From the NCBI GenBank assembly GCA_937952145.1, contig CALFYE010000301.1, positions 3,362 through 67,361 on the forward strand: 64,000 nucleotides of DNA, read 5' to 3'. Under the pieces are notes generated by a model, which worked only from the letters and a program-made list of their open reading frames with translations, was not told the DNA's origin and searched no databases. Position numbers and translations under genes: made by a program. Of the stretch, positions 58,344 to 64,000 are shown piece by piece (position 1 is the stretch's first letter; the number at the start of each line of letters is the position of its first letter). This stretch comes from an uncultured Myxococcales bacterium. GTDB lineage: Bacteria > Myxococcota_A > Polyangia > Palsa-1104 > JAEUJZ01.

Positions 58344-60389
58344 TCAGGGCGCTGAGAGCTCGCTCCCCAGCGCTTCCCACTCTTCGATCAGCCGTCGCAG
58401 CTTGCTGTCCAGCGACTGCTCTTCACTGACCAGGGCGTTGAGCTTCTGCCACTCGCCGCCATGGTCGGCGGCAAGCTGCTCACGCAGGGTGGCGATGGCG
58501 CGCTCGGTGGTCTCGATCTCGGTCTCTAGCTGGGCCAGCCGCTTCTGCTTTCTTTCTTGGCCGCGCTCGCGATCCTTGCGCGCCTGATGCGCGGCCAGGC
58601 GATCTTCTTTGCTGCCTCCAGCATCTTTCGACGGGGCGGCGGCGGTCGCGGCGGCCGGCGGGGGCGTGCTCTGGGTGGGGGCCTTTTTGCTCGTCGCGGC
58701 GGCGCTGTCTTTCTTCTGCGCGGCGGCACGAGCAGTCTCGGCGGGCTTGGGCTCGGGCTTGCTGGCAGCGGCCAGGCGTCGGCGATAGTCCGAGTAGTTG
58801 CCGACGTGGGCATCGATGCGTCCAGTCGCGGCATCGAGGTGCAGGATCTTGTTCACCACGCGATCCAGGAAGTAGCGATCGTGACTGACCACCACCATCG
58901 AGCCTTCGTATTCGCTCAGCGCCTCTTCTAGTGTCTCGCGGGCCGCGATGTCGAGGTGGTTGGTCGGCTCGTCCATCGCCAGCAGGTTGTACGGTCGCAG
59001 CATCAGCTTGGCCATCTGCAGCCGGTTGCGCTCGCCGCCTGACAGGCCCTTGACGACCTTGAACCCGTCGTCGCCGGTGAAGCGGAAGCGACCGAGGTAG
59101 CCGCGCACCACGTCTTCGTTCCAGTCGCCGCGCACGCTGCGGATCTCGTCGATCAGCGAGTTGTCTTCGCTGAGATCTTCCAGCTTCTGATCGAAGTAAC
59201 CGATGCGCACTTCATGGCCCAGCGTGATGAAGCCCTTCCGCGGGGCGATGCGGCCGATCAGCGCCTTGAGCAGCGTCGTCTTGCCGGCGCCGTTGGGTCC
59301 GACGATGCCGACCCGCTCGCCGCGATAGATCGTCAGCGTCAGATCTCGCACCAGGGCCGGGCCCTGGCCGTAGCCAAGCTCGACGTTTTCGCAGCGCAGC
59401 ACTTCCTTGCCGCCGCGGTGATCGCTGACGGTGAAGCGCAGGCCGATGTCGCCGGCTGCCGACCAGGTGTCGCGGTGGCGGTCGACGCGATCGAGCTTGT
59501 CCAGCATCTTGCGCCGTGACTGCGCCTGCTTGGTCTTCTGTCCGGCGATGTTGCGGCGGATGAAGTCTTCGGTGCGGGCGATCTGCCCTTGCTGGCGCTC
59601 CCACTCGGCGTTGAGGCGCTCGTGCCGCTCGTCGCGGGCGACGACGTATTTTTCGTAGCTGCCGGGATAGCGGATCAGCTCGCCGTCTTCGCAGTCGACG
59701 ATCTCATTGCAAACTGCTTGCAAGAAGTAGCGGTCGTGGCTGACCAGCAAAAGGGCGCGCGTCTCGGGCCAGGCGGCCAGTCGTTCTTCCAGGTGCTCGA
59801 CCGCTTCGGCGTCGAGGTGGTTGGTCGGCTCGTCTAGCAAGAGCAGGTCCGGCTGATCGAGCAGCACCTTGGCCAGCTCGACTCGGCCGCGCTCGCCACC
59901 GGACAAGCTAGCGACGGAGCGACCGAGATCTTCCTCACTAAAGCCCAGGTCGTGGGCCAGGGCGCGAGCCCGGCTCTCCAGCGTATAGCCTTCGCGGTGC
60001 GAGTACTCGTGCTCTAGCTCGCCATAGCGCTTAAGCAGGCTGTCGGCGCGCTCGCCTTCGGCGGCGGCGATCTCGTGTTCCAGCGCGGCCAGCTCGGATC
60101 GCATTTGCAAAAGACTTGCAAATGGGATGAGCAGCGTCTCCCACAGCGTGCCGTGGCCCTGGAATTCCTGCGACTGGTGCATGTAGGCCAGGCGCTTGCC
60201 GCGGGCCCGCACCACCTGGCCGCCATCGGGGGCTAGCTCGCCGCACAGCAGGCGCAAGAGCGTCGATTTGCCGGCCCCATTGGGACCGACCAGGCCAATG
60301 CGCTGACCAGGGTTGATCTGGAACGAGACGTGCGAAAAAAGCTCGGTACCGGGGTAGCCGAAAGAGATGTCGGCGAGTTGCGCAATCAC
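58344..60389 (-). CDS. ABC-F family ATPase (Uup/EttA-like) with a Lys/Ala/Glu-rich C-terminal coiled-coil
   Basis: Two ABC cassettes are present (GLVGPNGAGKSTLL ... LSGGERGRV ... LLLDEPTNHLD; GIVGPNGAGKTTLL ... LSGGERNRL ... LAMDEPTNHLD). There is no TM domain. The tail is charged and helical. Confidence 0.9.
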   Translation of the reverse strand: MIAQLADISFGYPGTELFSHVSFQINPGQRIGLVGPNGAGKSTLLRLLCGELAPDGGQVVRARGKRLAYMHQSQEFQGHGTLWETLLIPFASLLQMRSELAALEHEIAAAEGERADSLLKRYGELEHEYSHREGYTLESRARALAHDLGFSEEDLGRSVASLSGGERGRVELAKVLLDQPDLLLLDEPTNHLDAEAVEHLEERLAAWPETRALLLVSHDRYFLQAVCNEIVDCEDGELIRYPGSYEKYVVARDERHERLNAEWERQQGQIARTEDFIRRNIAGQKTKQAQSRRKMLDKLDRVDRHRDTWSAAGDIGLRFTVSDHRGGKEVLRCENVELGYGQGPALVRDLTLTIYRGERVGIVGPNGAGKTTLLKALIGRIAPRKGFITLGHEVRIGYFDQKLEDLSEDNSLIDEIRSVRGDWNEDVVRGYLGRFRFTGDDGFKVVKGLSGGERNRLQMAKLMLRPYNLLAMDEPTNHLDIAARETLEEALSEYEGSMVVVSHDRYFLDRVVNKILHLDAATGRIDAHVGNYSDYRRRLAAASKPEPKPAETARAAAQKKDSAAATSKKAPTQSTPPPAAATAAAPSKDAGGSKEDRLAAHQARKDRERGQERKQKRLAQLETEIETTERAIATLREQLAADHGGEWQKLNALVSEEQSLDSKLRRLIEEWEALGSELSAP

Positions 60390-60456
60390 GGGGGCGACAC
60401 TATCACAAAATCGGGGCTGTCCCGTCGCTCACTGCGCCTGGGCGAGCGCGCCGGAG

Positions 60457-62139
60457 CTACTTTTTCCAGAAGGCGCGCTGCGATAGCAGCCAGCTGTAGT
60501 CGCCGCTGAGCTGGGTGCTGTAGGTTGCCTCCTGCGTGCCGGGCTTGGGGGTGCCGCCGCTGGCGATGGGCGCTGAGGAGTGGCAGCCAATGCAGCTCTC
60601 GCTGCCGAACACCGTCGGGGCACCAGGCGGCAAGGGGTCGGGGCAGATCCCGGGCTCGACCTGCAGACAGGCCGGCTGCACGCCGCGCTGGAAGAACGAC
60701 TCCAGCGTGAGGTTGGTCAGGAACACCGGGTGTGGGCGACCGCCGGACTTGTTGTGCACGCTGTCGGGCAGGTTGATGGGCACGGCTTCCTCGCCGCTGC
60801 AGCCCGGCTCGGCCCGCGGGCGGGTTGGCAGGGCCTCGGGCTGCGTCGGGAACTGGCTGCCCACCAGCTCGTAATAGGCCAGCTTCGAGCCGTGTGCGGC
60901 CAAGAGGTGACGCATCTGCGCGTTGAGCACCGCGGTCTGGCGCTCGATCGGCAGCAGGCGCTGCAGCTGATTCTTCTGCGGCGGGGCGGCGCAGGTGTTG
61001 ACCGGGCAGCCGGGGCAGGTGGGGTCATAGAAGCTGGGTCGCAGGGTCTGACCGTGACGGGCTAGGCGCTCGGCTTCGCGCCGATCGACACCTAGGTTGT
61101 CGATATGCTCAAACGTCGACCACACCCACTGCGGTGCGCTCTGCGTCTTGTGACCGATGTGAAAGCCGACCAGACCCAGGCGAGCCGGCTTCCAGTCGGG
61201 GCCGGCGGCGACGACGTGCAGGTCGGATGTGGCGCAGCTGCCCTCAACGCGCAGGTCACGCGGCACCCAGCCATCGATGGTCAGGTAGCGGCTCTCGATG
61301 TCGCGGGCGGACAGGACGCGCCAGGCGAGCTTGATCTCGATGGCGCCGACCTCGTCGCTGTCGGGGCGGCCAGCCGGGAAGACGACGATCGAGCGGTTGG
61401 GATGATTGCAGCTGCCGGGATCGAGATCGCGGCCGGGATGGCGGCTGGCAAAGGCGACCTGACCATCGAGGTTATAGAGCTGATTGTCGACGATGTAGTC
61501 AAACTCGGCGCGGTTGATCAGCACCTCATAGAAGACGAGGCCGCCGCTCTGATCCCACAGCGGTAGCGAGAACGGCTGGTTCAGTCCCTCGGCGTGCGGG
61601 CTGCGGCGAGCGGGCAGAAGGATGCGCTCACTTACGCTCAGGCCGGCCCCCGGCGGCAGTCCAGAGAGTCCGTGCGAGCGACGGGCGAGCGAGCGCAGCG
61701 GGCTTCCCCAGGCGGCCGGTGGCGAGCCGTCTTCGGCGAAGACCTCGGGGCTCTCGCGCCAGCCGACCCAGGCCGGTGCCCCGGGGTCAGACAGGTGGTG
61801 TCGGGCGTGCCCCGCGTCGTCGGTCGGCCAGTTGATGGCGACGAAGTTCTGCCAGGACAGCTCGTCGTAGAGCGCCTGCAAGCCGGCGATGTCGCCGCGG
61901 GCCCGCAGTCGAGCGACGGCTGCCGCCGGGACATCGGCGAGGATCTGCGGTCGCAGCATCGCCGGCAACGCCAGCCGCGCGGTGGGTGACAGATCGTCGG
62001 CGGCAGCGGTCACCGCGCGATCGTGCAGGGCGGCTTCCGACATCGCCGTCGCAGGCGCCGGCTCAGGGGCGCAGCCAAGCAGAGCCAGAAGGGGCAGCAG
62101 GCCAGAGATGCCGGAGATAGACAAGCGAGCGTGCGGCAT
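60457..62139 (-). CDS. Lipoprotein of unknown function with a single C-terminal CxxCH haem-binding motif
   Basis: Lipobox LLALLGCAPE. CIGCH is encoded at 60580-60594, read directly as agc tgc att ggc tgc cac on the minus strand. The remaining roughly 500 aa are unassigned. Confidence 0.65.
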   Translation of the reverse strand: MPHARLSISGISGLLPLLALLGCAPEPAPATAMSEAALHDRAVTAAADDLSPTARLALPAMLRPQILADVPAAAVARLRARGDIAGLQALYDELSWQNFVAINWPTDDAGHARHHLSDPGAPAWVGWRESPEVFAEDGSPPAAWGSPLRSLARRSHGLSGLPPGAGLSVSERILLPARRSPHAEGLNQPFSLPLWDQSGGLVFYEVLINRAEFDYIVDNQLYNLDGQVAFASRHPGRDLDPGSCNHPNRSIVVFPAGRPDSDEVGAIEIKLAWRVLSARDIESRYLTIDGWVPRDLRVEGSCATSDLHVVAAGPDWKPARLGLVGFHIGHKTQSAPQWVWSTFEHIDNLGVDRREAERLARHGQTLRPSFYDPTCPGCPVNTCAAPPQKNQLQRLLPIERQTAVLNAQMRHLLAAHGSKLAYYELVGSQFPTQPEALPTRPRAEPGCSGEEAVPINLPDSVHNKSGGRPHPVFLTNLTLESFFQRGVQPACLQVEPGICPDPLPPGAPTVFGSESCIGCHSSAPIASGGTPKPGTQEATYSTQLSGDYSWLLSQRAFWKK

Positions 62140-62200
62140 GGGGTGTCCTTCGGTAAGCGGTGAGGTCGGCGCCGTCGGGGACGTGTTGTGACGCAGGCGA

Positions 62201-63919
62201 CTACGGCGTTGGCAGCGGCGTGACGGCTCGCTCGGGCGAGCCCGGGAAGACGAGGTTGGCCGCCACCCACAGGCCCAAGGTCGACATGGTCAGCGTGGGG
62301 TTATAGCCGGGCAGGCTGCAGAACAGCGATCCGCCGGTGCCAAACAGGTTGCCAACGCCGTGGAAGCGTCCCTGCGGTGTGCAGACGCTCGTTCGATCAT
62401 CGGTGCCGAAGCGCAGCGTGCCGCCGTGGTGTCCGCACTGGGCCTGCGCATCGTCAAGCGGCAGCGCCGCGCCGTACTGCGCCCCGGCGGCCTGCAGGAT
62501 GTCGAGCTGTTTGGGACCGAAATAGGCCGACGCTGCGACGGCGTAGGGATGTCGCTGATAGGTGATGCGCGCGACGGGCACGCCATCGTGATCGCGCAGC
62601 AGCGGATCCAGATCGATGCGGTTCTGGGCCTGCGGCGGATCTTCGACGTACATCGACAGATAGGCCATGCGCTCGCGGCCGATGCTCTGGCGCAGTGCCT
62701 TCTTCAAGAGCGGTCCCGGCGGCACGCGCAAGGTGCCGAGATAAAGCCCGGTCTCTAGGAGCAGCGTCTGCTCGCCGCCGAGGGTCATCAGCCCTCCGAT
62801 CGGACGACTGCGATCGCGGGCATCGCCGCGCAGATCAGTCATCGAAAAGCTGGCGCCGTTGCCGCGATCCTGATGGATGCGATAGTCGAAGATGCCGACA
62901 GCGACGGTGACCGAGCGACCGCAGAAGTTACGACCCACAAGATCGCGCGGGTTCAGGGTGTCGCTGCCTTCTGAGTACAGCACCAGCCGCGCGTCTTCGA
63001 TGGGCCCGGTGGCGAGCAGGTACGTGTCAGCGGTCAGCACCTGCCGCGTGCCGTCGGGGCCGATCACCTGCACGCCGACCACCTGCCGACCATCGCCAGA
63101 CAAGAGGAGCTTGTGCACGCGCGTCTGGGTATGTAGCTGGCAGCTGCCACTGAGCAGGGCTTCGCGCAGCAGGCTCACCGCGGTGGAGCCGCCGCGGGCA
63201 TTCGATGGACAGCCAAAGCCGGCGCAGAAGCCGCAGTTGACGCAGGCCGGCCGCCCGCCATAAGGCCGCGAGTTGAGGGCCCGCGGACAGCGGAACGGCT
63301 GATAGCCCTGCCGCCGCGCCGCGTCGGCGAGGAGCAGCGATACGTACTTTGCGGGGCCCGGTGTCATCGGATAGGCAGAACTGCGTGGTCCGCCGTGTGG
63401 ATCGACCTCGCCCTGCACACCGACGCTGGTTTCGGCGTAAGCGTAAAACGGTTCTAGCTGGTCGTAGGTGACGGGCCAATCGACATAGTTGGCGTCGGGC
63501 AGGATGGGGCCCAAGAGCGACCCGAACAGAAAGTCCTGCGGTGCGAAGCGCGGTACCCGACCATCGGCCAGCGCCGAGCCGCCGCCGACGCCGCGCGGCA
63601 GATCCATGATCGCGCCGACCTGCGTGCGATCGCCATCGGCAGCCGTGCGGCGGTACGAGCGCGGCGAGATGGTCGGCGCCAGATCGAGCAGGCCGCGGGC
63701 GTAGCGAAGCTCGTCGTTGCCGTGCAGGGCGATCGGCATGCCGGGCGCCGGATCGTCGATGCCCTGGTAGTAGTTGGGACCGGCCTCGACGAGCAGGACC
63801 TTCTTGCCGTGCCGGCAGAGGAGGGCGGTGGCGGCGCTGCCACTCGGTCCGCTGCCAATGACCAGGGCATCGAAGTGCGACAGCGAAGCGTTGCCAAAGA
63901 CGGTCTTTGCGGCCGGCAT
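62201..63919 (-). CDS. GMC-family FAD-dependent oxidoreductase
   Basis: N-terminal Rossmann motif FDALVIGSGPSGSAATALLCRHGKKVLLVEAGP. The C-terminal region is GMC-like (HHGGTLRFG...GVGNLFGTGGSLF). Confidence 0.85.
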   Translation of the reverse strand: MPAAKTVFGNASLSHFDALVIGSGPSGSAATALLCRHGKKVLLVEAGPNYYQGIDDPAPGMPIALHGNDELRYARGLLDLAPTISPRSYRRTAADGDRTQVGAIMDLPRGVGGGSALADGRVPRFAPQDFLFGSLLGPILPDANYVDWPVTYDQLEPFYAYAETSVGVQGEVDPHGGPRSSAYPMTPGPAKYVSLLLADAARRQGYQPFRCPRALNSRPYGGRPACVNCGFCAGFGCPSNARGGSTAVSLLREALLSGSCQLHTQTRVHKLLLSGDGRQVVGVQVIGPDGTRQVLTADTYLLATGPIEDARLVLYSEGSDTLNPRDLVGRNFCGRSVTVAVGIFDYRIHQDRGNGASFSMTDLRGDARDRSRPIGGLMTLGGEQTLLLETGLYLGTLRVPPGPLLKKALRQSIGRERMAYLSMYVEDPPQAQNRIDLDPLLRDHDGVPVARITYQRHPYAVAASAYFGPKQLDILQAAGAQYGAALPLDDAQAQCGHHGGTLRFGTDDRTSVCTPQGRFHGVGNLFGTGGSLFCSLPGYNPTLTMSTLGLWVAANLVFPGSPERAVTPLPTP

Positions 63920-64000
63920 TAGTAGAACTTCTTTCCGCCGGCGCCGGCGACGACAAGCTCTAGGTGCAGGCGCAGGGCTTCATCGATGGGGTCGGGATCG
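63919..64000 (-). CDS. 3' end of an upstream ORF (partial, runs off the window)
   Basis: The reverse complement reads ...DPDPIDEALRLHLELVVAGAGGKKFY*. Its TAA overlaps the GMC ATG as TAATG. The fragment is too short to assign. It is not in the ORF track. Confidence 0.35.
   Translation of the reverse strand, partial: DPDPIDEALRLHLELVVAGAGGKKFY

Noticed and set aside
63027-63956. A 309-aa alternate-frame minus-strand ORF within the GMC oxidoreductase gene.
   Set aside because: The translation is Arg/Pro/Ala-rich. The 62201..63919 frame has the GxGxxG FAD motif and a GMC-like C-terminus.

Overview
This is a densely coded, high-GC bacterial chromosomal segment. Individual coding lines hand-count near 65-70% G+C. 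I recognise about 47 protein-coding genes and no rRNA, tRNA, CRISPR array, transposase or integrase. The gene content points to Myxococcota (inference only, no search was run): two FHA/sigma-54 enhancer-binding proteins, a Hanks-type Ser/Thr kinase, a PP2C phosphatase, an Oar-like TonB-dependent receptor with a carboxypeptidase-regulatory domain, a MYXO-CTERM-like sorting tail, many Cys-lipobox lipoproteins and AgmX/PglI/TonB-C-like domains. Secure housekeeping anchors are ftsH, tilS, greA, metK, a NifS/IscS-type cysteine desulfurase and three acyl-CoA dehydrogenases next to an orphan B12-binding mutase subunit. All functional calls rest on motifs read by eye from the supplied translations. 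Start codons are often uncertain because the ORF track gives maximal ORFs with ATG/GTG/TTG starts. The most interesting items are listed here.
1. A co-directional block of six genes at about 14.06-25.26 kb has no assignable function. It is centred on a 1341-aa exported protein made of about 55-58 degenerate 17-19-aa 'PLF[YF]' units, flanked by overlapping unknown ORFs, and it ends in the Oar-like receptor.
2. A roughly 1-kb trough at 35-50% G+C lies inside an otherwise GC-rich, uninterrupted WD40 ORF.
3. Two B12-binding radical SAM genes are divergently arranged around a 0.5-kb AT-richer non-coding region. The second is directly followed by an exported FGE/SUMF1-type protein gene.
4. A near-consensus sigma-54 promoter lies in front of the PP2C gene, which sits next to an FHA-sigma-54 activator.
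5. A TetR / PEP-utilising enzyme / permease operon has rifampicin-phosphotransferase-like domain order and a 30-bp palindrome over the TetR start codon.
6. A GMC flavoenzyme is paired with a large lipoprotein carrying a single CxxCH motif.
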